Both the position numbers and the translations under genes were made by a program. A model generated the notes under the pieces. That model did no database searches and had not been told where the DNA came from. It worked only from the letters and a program-made list of their open reading frames with translations. DNA of 36,470 bases, taken from Methanomicrobia archaeon (GTDB lineage Archaea > Halobacteriota > Syntropharchaeia > Alkanophagales > Methanospirareceae). How positions within the stretch are numbered: position 1 is the stretch's first letter; each line of letters opens with the position of its first letter. The stretch spans positions 1 to 36,470 of the forward strand of contig JAFGKP010000123.1 in assembly GCA_016928455.1 (NCBI GenBank). Direction: 5' to 3'. Positions 25,902-34,913 of this stretch are shown here, piece by piece.

Positions 25902-26084
25902 GTTTCTTTGACAAAGAAACCTTTACGAAAGAAACTTTTTTTCAGATCTTTCAGCTCGGGTCTCTTTGCATCGTGTCTCGATTCTGTAGGTACAAGAGCC
26001 TTCCGGGTCTCGGAAGGCTGGTCAGAGCCCACAAGAAGGGCTCGTGACAGTAAACAAGGTAGCTGAGTTACGAAGTTTGAGATC
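25902..26084 (-). promoter_or_regulatory. Candidate structured intercistronic/leader RNA upstream of the pilin
   Basis: Stems 25997-26019 (9 bp), 26021-26048 (10 bp with bulge), enclosing TCAGCT/AGCTGA (25951/26061), and palindrome 25902-25920. Confidence 0.5.
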
Positions 26085-26370
26085 ATCTTGCACGTTTCAC
26101 CGGTGGCGTTGGTGTCCACCACCAGTCCTCCTTTTCTCCTTGACCGTATTCTCCTCCGTCGTCTCGCTCAGCTCGCGTACCCGCGTCGCTGTTAGTATCA
26201 TCATCATCGAGTGCGGGGCAGTGGAGGTAATGGTGAACGGCGACGGTGAGTGCATCCTTGGTGGTGATCGTGCCGGAGCGTCGTTTTAATGCGTCCAGTT
26301 GTGATCGCAGGAGTGGCACCTGCGCGAAGACTACTTCGGTATCCTCCTGTCCTCGCATCCGCATCACCAT
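26083..26370 (-). CDS. DUF5371-like protein, predicted ribbon-helix-helix
   Basis: VVFAQVPLLRSQLDALKRRSGTITTKDALTVAVHHYLHCP; GGTGA RBS and promoter position favour a start at 26370. Confidence 0.72.
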   Translation of the reverse strand: MVMRMRGQEDTEVVFAQVPLLRSQLDALKRRSGTITTKDALTVAVHHYLHCPALDDDDTNSDAGTRAERDDGGEYGQGEKEDWWWTPTPPVKRAR

Positions 26371-26437
26371 GAGCAGCTCACCACCATGAGATTCATGCGT
26401 GTCCACCTCATCACCATCATTCATTCGCCACATTGCC

Positions 26438-26471
26438 TATATAAGCTTTGGGGGTGCATTTCCACTGGAAA
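26438..26471 (-). promoter_or_regulatory. Promoter (BRE/TATA) with upstream palindrome; copy 1 of a 32-bp direct repeat
   Basis: Minus strand TTTCCAGTGGAAA-tgcaccccc-AAAGCTTATATA; 30/32 identical to 28988-29019. Confidence 0.75.
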
Positions 26472-27128
26472 CTAATGGTCTCGCAGCGGTGTATTTTTCC
26501 GCCGAAATCTTATTGTGGTGAGTCTATATATAGAGACCGTTGGTGGATATTGCTCTGTTCTTGCAGTTTTGCAGTATTGTGAGTATTGTTTTACTATCTT
26601 CGACTCAGCTCAGTAGCATCAGCTCATGAAGGCAGTCAACATTGCACAGCGGAAGTGGTAAAGATGACGGGGATAGCGGTAGTATGATGTACGAGAATGG
26701 CGCAGCATCTCCAGGCCATGGGAGCAAGATACGGTAGGATGTATTGGTCCCGAGCTGGTGATAATTTCCAAATTGATCCTCGACCACGACCCGGCCTGCT
26801 GGTTTTCAGATTGGATTGCTGTTACTGCGAACTTTTTGAGATATTTTTAACGGTTGAACAGTTGAATTCTTCTGCTCTCTTCGTGAACGTTACGAGATAC
26901 TCCAAGGCCTGTTTCATCCCGACTCGGGAATCGCGATATCGGTGGTCTAGCTGCGGGAGTAACCGTTTTAAACAGTCAGATGATCTGCCCTTGCGATCCA
27001 GGAACAGTATCAGGAGCTATTCCATTAAGAACGCGCTCTTTAAGACGGGGAGAAGCGCTCCACGTCTGGGGTCATCAGGAATGGATCGTGATTCCCCTAT
27101 TTACTGACCTCACCCGCGTTGGAACGCC

Positions 27129-27536
27129 TTATTCAGGTGGTACCACGATAAAGGCATCATACTGCTTGAAATGTTCATCAAACGCAAAAGCTTCGGTTAC
27201 TCCCAGTCGTTCCATCAAAGCAAAGCTCGTACAGTCGGTAAAACTAAAGGACTTATCATGGTAACTCACGAATATCTCCCATGCCCTGTTCTCATCTTGT
27301 GGGGTTATATGTATAAGATTGGCGATGGATTCGTCCCACAGTTTATGTCCAATCTCGACAGCGACCTCATAGCCCAGATGGCTCCTTACCAAAGTAATAA
27401 CCTCATCTACAATGTAGTTGCTCGTAATCATGGGGTGAACTAACGAGTCTTGTAACGTTACTGCAGCATGATGGTTGGCATCACTTTTATCGAGGAGTGC
27501 GTACCAGGCACTGGTATCAACGAATAAGTAAGGCAC
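27129..27536 (-). CDS. vapC: PIN-domain (VapC) toxin
   Basis: LFVDTSAW, SNYIVDEV, SFTDCTSF and AFAFDEHF. Confidence 0.93.
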   Translation of the reverse strand: MPYLFVDTSAWYALLDKSDANHHAAVTLQDSLVHPMITSNYIVDEVITLVRSHLGYEVAVEIGHKLWDESIANLIHITPQDENRAWEIFVSYHDKSFSFTDCTSFALMERLGVTEAFAFDEHFKQYDAFIVVPPE

Positions 27537-27541
27537 GTTAT

Positions 27542-27763
27542 CTATCCCTCATAGAGATAATGGTCATGTCTGCGTGAAACATCGCGGACGCCGCTCTCGC
27601 CAATACCAATAATATCAGATAATTCCTTCCGCTGTGATTCCAGTAGGTCCGCATCCTCCTCTGGTATAACCACTAAGTGCACATGCTTGTGCTCAGGGAA
27701 GTCTATCTTCTGAAGTGGCTTGAATACGCCATCCTTATACACCGCCACTATTGTTTTTGCCAT
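27542..27763 (-). CDS. AF2212-like (DUF104) antitoxin
   Basis: MAKTIVAVYKDGVFKPL...GIGESGVRDVSRRHDHYLY; start moved to 27763. Confidence 0.88.
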   Translation of the reverse strand: MAKTIVAVYKDGVFKPLQKIDFPEHKHVHLVVIPEEDADLLESQRKELSDIIGIGESGVRDVSRRHDHYLYEG

Positions 27764-28151
27764 TTTTTTTAGAAACAGTATCTTTTTCGTGCATATATAT
27801 TTGTGCGCTTTTCCGTCCTCCACGTCGCGGGATGATGATAGTCATGTTCGTGGCAGCCGACCTCGTGTCCAGGCACTTGCACCAGGTTGCCCAAGAACTA
27901 AAGAAATCTCTACCCGGTCTGCTTCACTCCAACTCAGTGTGATATTTTGTTTTGTGAGAATCCGACATATTCATCGTCTCCGATAGATAGGATGGATATT
28001 CGCAAGTGGTACAGGTACGTCATGGACCACGTTATCTCGTGCCAGGTCTCCTGGTGACGAAATGCTGAAGAGCCGAAGATTATTCTTACCGGTATAGAAG
28101 AACCATTATACGTGGATTATCTATTATCTTACACTATAAGGGCTATCAGCG

Positions 28152-28371
28152 ATGACCAGGACGAAGAGGATAGAGCTGGTATATGAGGGTGGTGGATTTG
28201 GAGGAAGGAATTAGTGGACAATCAAATTTAAGAACGAAAGGCAAGAACCGGGGTGTGCTCACGTCCAGAGACCTTGAGGAATTACGAACGCTATTGAAAT
28301 CTTTACCAAAGACAACCGTTGACTTCAAGAAGTTGGATGAATTATACTATGAAGCAAAAATGCGCAGTTAG
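28152..28371 (+). pseudogene. AF2212-like antitoxin broken by an internal deletion
   Basis: MTRTKRIELVYEGG in one frame, VDLEEG...LDELYYEAKMRS* in another; the KPLE segment is missing between GGTG microhomologies (compare 22401-22450). Confidence 0.7.
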
Positions 28372-28530
28372 TTGGTACAACTGTACTCCTCAAAGTAATT
28401 CTAGAAGGAGATAGTGACCTGATAGAATTTAATGAATCCCAAATCCTTAGCGGATATAACGGATAGGATAGTGATAGAGAAGATCATCATTCTGGATACT
28501 ACTATCTATGGAATTCAAGGAGCGGTTAGA
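28349..28530 (+). pseudogene. Decayed PIN toxin remnant
   Basis: ATG overlapping the antitoxin end; MKQKCAV/(shift)GTTVLLKVILEGD resembles a PIN N-terminus. Right boundary approximate. Confidence 0.45.
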
Positions 28531-28654
28531 ACGGTGAACGTGATCCGCCGGTATTCGCTTTCGTTTTCCCTTTCCGCAGCCAGATGCTGGCTCCCGGAAT
28601 CTCGTGCGGCTCTCAGGAACGGTGCAGCATGCTCGATACTGCGGCTACTTAAAC

Positions 28655-28909
28655 TTAACGTGACGCCGCGCCGGAGCGCAGGAGCGCGAATTTGGTGGCC
28701 AGTACCGGCGTGGCCGGGCTGTCTTCGCGCACCACCGCTTTCGCGAGATCTTCGAGCTCCATGAACTCCTCCCTGGGTGCACCGCATTCGGGACAGACCC
28801 AGGCATCAGGCAGCGCGTCAAACGGGATCCCGGGCTCGATCGCGCCCTCAAAATCGCCCAATTTGGGGTCGTAGACCTCGCCACAGATAAGGCATTCGTA
28901 CCGTTTCAT
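28655..28909 (-). CDS. Rubredoxin with C-terminal extension
   Basis: [14 protein letters not shown]...[26 protein letters not shown]. Confidence 0.93.
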   Translation of the reverse strand: MKRYECLICGEVYDPKLGDFEGAIEPGIPFDALPDAWVCPECGAPREEFMELEDLAKAVVREDSPATPVLATKFALLRSGAASR

Positions 28910-28987
28910 CGTTCACAAAACCCCCACATAGCAGCCCGCAGATCACACAACGATACAATTACGGGATACGTCCATGCGCTTGGTGGA

Positions 28988-29019
28988 TATATAAGCCTTG
29001 GGGGTACATTTCCACTGGA
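28988..29019 (-). promoter_or_regulatory. Promoter with palindrome; copy 2 of the 32-bp direct repeat, upstream of rubredoxin
   Basis: tatataagccttgggggtacatttccactgga versus tatataagctttgggggtgcatttccactgga. Confidence 0.75.
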
Positions 29020-29217
29020 GATGCGGCTGTCCGGTGCTGCACTCAGTGCTCCGAATTGAACGGTATGCCGGCTCATGCATGTTCAGGAACGCAAGCAGCG
29101 GATGGATCGTGACGCTTTTTATTCGCTTTTTCAGTCGCGGGCTTCCGTGTTAGCGGGGCACAGGAACATTTAATACATAAAAACGCGTTAGGCATTCTCG
29201 ATCAGCAGCATACTACC

Positions 29218-29907
29218 ATGCCACGCAGCAGCGGTCACTCGTTCACCGGTCGCCCGGCTCGTGCCGGGCTGCTCATCAGTAGGATGCTCACGGCCGTCGT
29301 GCTCGTCCTGATTCTGGCTGCGGATGCTTCGGCCGCAGCTGTAACGAACGGCGAGTCCCCGCTCGCCGACGAACCGGGTGAGGATATCGCGACGGTTGCC
29401 TTTACGTCTCCGGACGACCCGCAGCTCGCGATCTTACGCGACTTCCGCGATACCGTGTTGCTCACCAACCCGGTAGGCGCGTTCGTATGGACCACGTATA
29501 CTGCAGTGAGCCCGCCGATCGCGGCGGTGCTGCTGGAGCGCGAGCACCTGCGTATCGCGACCCGAGTCTTACTGCTCACGCCGGTGATCTATCTCGCGGC
29601 GCTGTGTATGAACACGATCGCGCTGCTCGCCTTTATCGTGCTCATTCTGCTCGTGCTCGTGAGCCTGCGTCGTTATCTCAAGCCCATCCTCACGGGCGTC
29701 CTCTACGGCGTCCTGGCCGGTGCCGCGTTTGCGGTCGCTGCGGTCACGCTCGGCGCGCTCGGCCACGAGCTGCCGTACTGCGCGGTGATTGCCGCGTATC
29801 TGCTGCCCGTGATCGTTCCTGTCGGGCTTGCCGTCTGTCTCATCACCTGGATCGAGTCGCAGGCGCGCCCGCGTGCGGCCCCGCGTCTGAGGCCACGACT
29901 GTATTGA
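29218..29907 (+). CDS. Membrane protein with a CFI-box-CTERM-like domain
   Basis: Signal-like N-terminus; IATVAF.SP..PQLAILRDFRD.VLLTNPVG..V..Y..VSPPIA..L....LR...R.LL.P; then about three further TM helices. Confidence 0.8.
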   Translation: MPRSSGHSFTGRPARAGLLISRMLTAVVLVLILAADASAAAVTNGESPLADEPGEDIATVAFTSPDDPQLAILRDFRDTVLLTNPVGAFVWTTYTAVSPPIAAVLLEREHLRIATRVLLLTPVIYLAALCMNTIALLAFIVLILLVLVSLRRYLKPILTGVLYGVLAGAAFAVAAVTLGALGHELPYCAVIAAYLLPVIVPVGLAVCLITWIESQARPRAAPRLRPRLY

Positions 29908-30327
29908 TTAAATCCACGTTTTAGCTCACTCTACTGAATGTTTCACCGTGATCCGTTTCTTTAGATGAAAAACCGTTCGTCTCTTTCATCAATCGTCTGC
30001 AATCCATGCGTTTTGAGTCCCTGGTAATCGGTGAGAACAGGGTCACAAAGTGCACTGAACGCTGAGTTATTTAGTAATTAGAAAGGCACATACGTATGAC
30101 CGAGCGTTTAGCGGGATTCGTAGCAGAATGAAAATGTTGATAACGGAATAGTAGGGTAAAGGTATCACTGTCCTTCTTTATCCGAGTTCAGACACAAGAA
30201 GATATCCGGTTGAACTGTACCGTACTGTACGTGAAGACAAGGACTTTGTGTTCTTGTGGGTCTCGAGCAAGAGTATATTAAATGAGCAGTATTGACGTTA
30301 TGTACTACCCATAAGGCGCAAGCAAAT

Positions 30328-30342
30328 GGAAAGCTTTATATA
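30328..30342 (+). promoter_or_regulatory. BRE/TATA promoter of the giant pilin-like operon
   Basis: GGAAAGCTTTATATA about 55 nt upstream of ATG 30397; AAAGCTT(T)ATATAGGCA is shared with the DUF5371 promoter. Confidence 0.65.
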
Positions 30343-30396
30343 GGCAGGAAAACATACAGAAATGAGTTAAACCAGTCCAATTGTTTTCGCACGCTC

Positions 30397-32637
30397 ATGA
30401 GTCTCAAAATCCGGAGGAATAGAACCAGGAGCACAAACAAGAGCATCCTTCAGGACACGCGTGCGATCTCTGAGGTATTAGGTGCTTTGATCATTATGGC
30501 TATTCTGCTTTCCGCATCGTCTATCTATCTCGCGCAGCAACTGCCTGAATGGACAAAGGAGTATGAGGCGAAACATGCAGCTGCAGTGCCACATGACTTT
30601 GCCACGCTCGAGGCTAATATCGAGCGTGCGGTATTGAGCGAAGATCCAACCACCGTAACGTCTACAACGGTTGGTATGCTCCCTGAAGGCGTCCCGCTGA
30701 TTGGCATGTACCCAGCCGGTGGCACGCTCCAGTTCAACCCGAATCAAGAAACGTTCGAATGCATCGCCGCCACACCAGATGATTCAGCGGTTTCTGGCAG
30801 TGGCTATTATTGGAATAACACTACCGATTGGAATACCTTCAATGATACGTATCATGTAGTTGTCACTACGTCAAAAGCAGAGTTGGAACCTGCGAAGAGA
30901 GGAAATTTAAATATTACGAAAAATCAGTCGCTATCCGGGGAATATTATCGTGATACGTTCAGTGTGCGAAACAACTCGACACTGACCATTGATGGGCGGT
31001 TAACGATCCATGCTCGGACTATTTTCGTTGAAGAGGGATCAAGCATCAATGCGGACGGCAAGGGCTGGTCCGGTGGGCTGGGCAACTCACCTGGAGATAA
31101 CGGGACTGGTGTGGGCGGGGGACTGGGCGGGAATCAATCAAAAACGGGAAATGCAGGTGGTGATGGTGGAGGAGGCGGGGGCTGTGGCGGTAATGGCGGT
31201 AATGGCGGTGAAAATCAGAATTCGGGCGGCAATGCCTCTGATTTGCTAAACTACTTAGGACCCAGTTGTGCCGGAGAGGTGATGGGCTCTGGCGGCGGAG
31301 GTGGTGGTGATGGTCATGACAGTGAGGGACAAATGATAGCTTCATCCGGCGGTGACGGCGGCAGTGGCGGGGGTTATGTCTGCTTAGACGCCGCTTTTAT
31401 TGACATTAGCGGCAACATCTCCGCCTGCGGCGCGAACGGTGAAGGTAAGTTGCAATATGATGAGAATGAATCCTACCGAGGTGGTGGCGGAGGAGGCGGT
31501 AGCGGAGGCTGGATAAAAATCATTGGCGATAACGTGAACATTACTGGAGTCCTCGTTGCCGCGGGTGGCAATGGAGGTGAGAGCCCCGCAGGAGATGGTG
31601 GGGGTGGGGGTGGGGGTGGAATAGTTGAGGTATTTTACTATAGCCCCTCACAGATCAAGGAGAGCCATATAGATGTGCGCCCTGGGAGAGGTGGAAATGG
31701 TTCTCTGCCAGGTAATAATGGTACTTCGGGGATAAAGGATCCCCCAAAAAACCAACCATATAACTCCACCCTTTTTCACTATGAGTCTGGTTATCTCGTC
31801 TCGAATATGACCGAAGTCCCGGACCAAGAGAAGGTTGGGTACGATACGAACAGCTCACGTACTCGCTACGGTAATCTGACGTATCGTGCGGATGTGCCTG
31901 CGGGAACGGACATCGTGCTCAAGGTGCGCACCTCTATGTATGATGACATGCACGATGCAATGCCCTGGGAGACCTGCCCGCCGGTCGCAAACGGAACGGC
32001 CATCTCTGGTCTCATCTCTGTCTCCGACGGGCACCGGTACATCCAGTGGCGCGCGGAGCTGCTCACCTTCAGCCCCGAAATCACACCCCGGCTCCACTGG
32101 GTCAATATCACTTATGACTATGGCGAGCCCGTGCTCGCGCGCACTTCCGGCACGATCAGCTACGCGAGCCAGTACCTCTATTACCCCAATTATAACCTCG
32201 TCTATGCACATGGCGCCACGATCAGGGAGCAGTATGGCCGGGCCTTCATGCTCTTCCCACCGCCGGTCTTCGTCGAGGCTCATGAGACGGGAAGCGCGCT
32301 CACCATCACGGCGATTGATATAACCGGTGATGAGTCCTCAGTCAGCGGCCGTATGAGCGCTACCGTCCAAACCGCGCCACAGGGCGCTGCGCTGCTCAAG
32401 CCCGGCCTGAACTATGCGAATATTACCCTTAATCTGACTACCGCGTATCGTAGCGCATGGGTGGATTGGTTCACCGCGACCTGCAACGACGCGGGCTTAT
32501 CACATGGGACAGAACCAGGACAGTACAACATCACCATTACACCAGATGCGCTCCAGGTCATCTTTTATGGCAACGAGACGAAGCCCGTGAAGTTGTGGCT
32601 CAAGCGTGCAGAAGCCAGGGTAAAACTCACTGAATGA
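30397..32637 (+). CDS. Giant pilin-like protein (class III signal) with glycine-rich insert, paralog 1
   Basis: QDTRA/ISEVLGALIIMAILL; PEWTKEYE..H...V..DF; GGGGG tracts at 30895-31776; YIQWRAEL domain; many N-x-S/T sequons. Start moved to 30397, downstream of the promoter. Confidence 0.88.
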   Translation: MSLKIRRNRTRSTNKSILQDTRAISEVLGALIIMAILLSASSIYLAQQLPEWTKEYEAKHAAAVPHDFATLEANIERAVLSEDPTTVTSTTVGMLPEGVPLIGMYPAGGTLQFNPNQETFECIAATPDDSAVSGSGYYWNNTTDWNTFNDTYHVVVTTSKAELEPAKRGNLNITKNQSLSGEYYRDTFSVRNNSTLTIDGRLTIHARTIFVEEGSSINADGKGWSGGLGNSPGDNGTGVGGGLGGNQSKTGNAGGDGGGGGGCGGNGGNGGENQNSGGNASDLLNYLGPSCAGEVMGSGGGGGGDGHDSEGQMIASSGGDGGSGGGYVCLDAAFIDISGNISACGANGEGKLQYDENESYRGGGGGGGSGGWIKIIGDNVNITGVLVAAGGNGGESPAGDGGGGGGGGIVEVFYYSPSQIKESHIDVRPGRGGNGSLPGNNGTSGIKDPPKNQPYNSTLFHYESGYLVSNMTEVPDQEKVGYDTNSSRTRYGNLTYRADVPAGTDIVLKVRTSMYDDMHDAMPWETCPPVANGTAISGLISVSDGHRYIQWRAELLTFSPEITPRLHWVNITYDYGEPVLARTSGTISYASQYLYYPNYNLVYAHGATIREQYGRAFMLFPPPVFVEAHETGSALTITAIDITGDESSVSGRMSATVQTAPQGAALLKPGLNYANITLNLTTAYRSAWVDWFTATCNDAGLSHGTEPGQYNITITPDALQVIFYGNETKPVKLWLKRAEARVKLTE

Positions 32638-32678
32638 AGTGATAATATGGAGAACCTAATGGGAAAAGAACAGAGGCT

Positions 32679-34886
32679 ATGACAGCATTCTGGAAGAGCG
32701 AGCAGGCCGTTTCTGAAGTGGTGGGCGTGCTCCTGATAATGGCTATTCTCCTCTCTCTGAGCGCGATCTTCTTCTCGCGAGAGGTTCCGGCATGGACGAA
32801 GGAGTTCGAATATCAGCATGCCGCAAAGGTCCCGCAGGACTTCGCGGCACTCGGCGCACAAATTGATATGGCGCTGGCGAGCGAAGACCCAGCGACACCC
32901 TTGTCTACTGCTATCGGGATGACCCCCGGTACTGTCCCGCTGGTCGGCCTCCAGGCCGCCGAAGGCACGCTCACCTTCGAGCCTGATGAAGAGACTTTCG
33001 AATGTATCGCCACCACGCTCGAAGCAGCAAATACCTCGGGGAACGCCTACTGGAATGATAGCTCTACCTGGACTAAATTCGAGAAGTACCATGTGAAAGT
33101 GACCGATTCGGGCGTACGGCTGGAATCCGACGCGGGAGAATATAAAGACCCTATTGAAACGAACGGGACACTCTCGGGGGAATATTATTGCGATCGCTTC
33201 ATCGTCCGGAATAATTCGACACTGACCGTACCGGGACGGTTAACGATCCACGCCATGAACATTTTCGTTGATGAAGGGACTCTAATTACCGCAGATGGCT
33301 GGGGCTATGCGGGTGGGGCGGGCAACAAGCCGGGGTATAACGGGAGTGGAACAGGTGGAGGGAAAGGTGGAGACGAAGGTGAAAATAAGAAAGAAGGGGG
33401 TTACGGCGGCGGTGGTGGGGGATGCGGCGGAGAAGGGGGCCGTGGGGGGAATAATACCGACTCAGGTGGCAGTGCATCGCATTTGAACGATTTGATGGGC
33501 TCTGGCGGCGGTGGCGGTGGCGACTGGAAGGATCCTAATGGTAAGATCGTACTCTCATCAGGTGGTGCCGGTGGGTCGGGTGGGGGTTATATACAGTTAG
33601 ATGCGGCCACTATTGATATTCGGGGTATTATCTCCGCTAATGGATCAGACGGAGTAGGTGCTCAATTATCTAAGGACAATAACTTTTTTGGTGGGGGTGG
33701 CGGTGGTGGTAGCGGCGGCCTGATCATCATCAAAGGTAATGTCGTCAATATTACCGGTATGCTCTACGCCATGGGCGGTGATGGGGGCAGTAATGACGAT
33801 AAAGGAACCGGCGGTGGTGGTGGCGGGGGCGGTGAAATCCATGTATATTACGATAGCAGTATCTTTCCAAATGACGTAAAAGCTGACCATATCAATGTAG
33901 GTTACGGTAATGGTGGCAGCAGTGGTAAGGAGGGGGCGGAGGATGGGAAGAACGGCACGCCCGGATCACCCGTGGTAAATCAATCCCTTTACTTTCCGAG
34001 TATCTTCTACTACAGCTCAGGGTATATCGTCTCGAACATGATCAACGTCTCAGACCAGGGGCAGGTCGGGTACGATACGAAGAACAGCACCCTCATTCGC
34101 TACGGGAATGTAACGTACGGGTCTGAGCTTCCGCCTGATACTGATATCGTGCTGAAGGTCCGCACCTCGATGTGTCCTGACATGCACGATGCGCTACCCT
34201 GGGAAGACTGCCCGCCCGTTGCCAATAACACGTACATCCCGAACCTCCCCTCGGCCTCTGACGGGCACCAGTACATCCAGTGGCGTGCTGAACTGCTCAC
34301 CTTCGATCCGCGCATCACGCCCGTGCTCTCGTGGGTCAATATCAGCTACGAGTATGGCAAACGACCGGTGCTCGTTACGTCATCCGGGCATCTGGACTAC
34401 AAGAGCCAGTATCTCTATTTCCCCAATTATCAACTCGTCCACACACACGGCGGCACGATTAAACTTCAGGATGACGAGAGTTTCATGCTCTTCGCACCGC
34501 CTATCTTTGTGAGCACTGATGATTCAGGAATATCGCTCAAAATCACCGCGGTCAACCTTACAGGTACTAAAAGAACGCTCAGCGGACGGCTCAGCGCCAC
34601 CGTGCAGGCCTCGTACCTTGAGGACACCCTGCTCACCAACGGCTTGAACTTCGCGAATATCACCCTGAATATCACGACCAACTATCCCGCCGCATGGGCA
34701 GACTGGTTCAACACGACCTGCAAAGACGCGGGAATAGTGTATGGAAATGCTTCCGGGCAGTATAACATCACCTACAAGAGCACCGCCGCACCAGATACGC
34801 TCCAGATTGTCTTCTACGGCAACGAGACGAAGCCGGTGAACCTGTGGTTGAAACGATCCCGTGCGAAGGTCGAAATAACGAGCTGA
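32679..34886 (+). CDS. Giant pilin-like protein with glycine-rich insert, paralog 2
   Basis: SEQA/VSEVVGVLLIMAILL; colinear with paralog 1; insert at 33132-34007. Confidence 0.9.
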   Translation: MTAFWKSEQAVSEVVGVLLIMAILLSLSAIFFSREVPAWTKEFEYQHAAKVPQDFAALGAQIDMALASEDPATPLSTAIGMTPGTVPLVGLQAAEGTLTFEPDEETFECIATTLEAANTSGNAYWNDSSTWTKFEKYHVKVTDSGVRLESDAGEYKDPIETNGTLSGEYYCDRFIVRNNSTLTVPGRLTIHAMNIFVDEGTLITADGWGYAGGAGNKPGYNGSGTGGGKGGDEGENKKEGGYGGGGGGCGGEGGRGGNNTDSGGSASHLNDLMGSGGGGGGDWKDPNGKIVLSSGGAGGSGGGYIQLDAATIDIRGIISANGSDGVGAQLSKDNNFFGGGGGGGSGGLIIIKGNVVNITGMLYAMGGDGGSNDDKGTGGGGGGGGEIHVYYDSSIFPNDVKADHINVGYGNGGSSGKEGAEDGKNGTPGSPVVNQSLYFPSIFYYSSGYIVSNMINVSDQGQVGYDTKNSTLIRYGNVTYGSELPPDTDIVLKVRTSMCPDMHDALPWEDCPPVANNTYIPNLPSASDGHQYIQWRAELLTFDPRITPVLSWVNISYEYGKRPVLVTSSGHLDYKSQYLYFPNYQLVHTHGGTIKLQDDESFMLFAPPIFVSTDDSGISLKITAVNLTGTKRTLSGRLSATVQASYLEDTLLTNGLNFANITLNITTNYPAAWADWFNTTCKDAGIVYGNASGQYNITYKSTAAPDTLQIVFYGNETKPVNLWLKRSRAKVEITS

Positions 34887-34913
34887 AACGAATGAAGGGA
34901 TTCTGAGAGCTAT

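Noticed and set aside
25895-26122. 75-aa ORF between the DUF5371-like gene and the pilin
   Set aside because: Overlaps the upstream gene, has no motif and coincides with hairpins; more likely non-coding.
26822-26971. Minus-strand LKRLLPQL..RY...LVTF as a nucleotidyltransferase remnant
   Set aside because: The GSx10DxD motif is absent; the similarity is too weak to call.
18000-28600. Integron-like cassette array explaining the TA cluster
   Set aside because: No paired RYYYAAC/GTTRRRY attC structures at gene ends, mixed orientations and no integrase seen; an IntegronFinder run would be decisive.
26438-29019. 32-bp repeats (or the 54-bp repeats) as CRISPR repeats
   Set aside because: Only two copies kilobases apart, no spacer periodicity and no cas genes.
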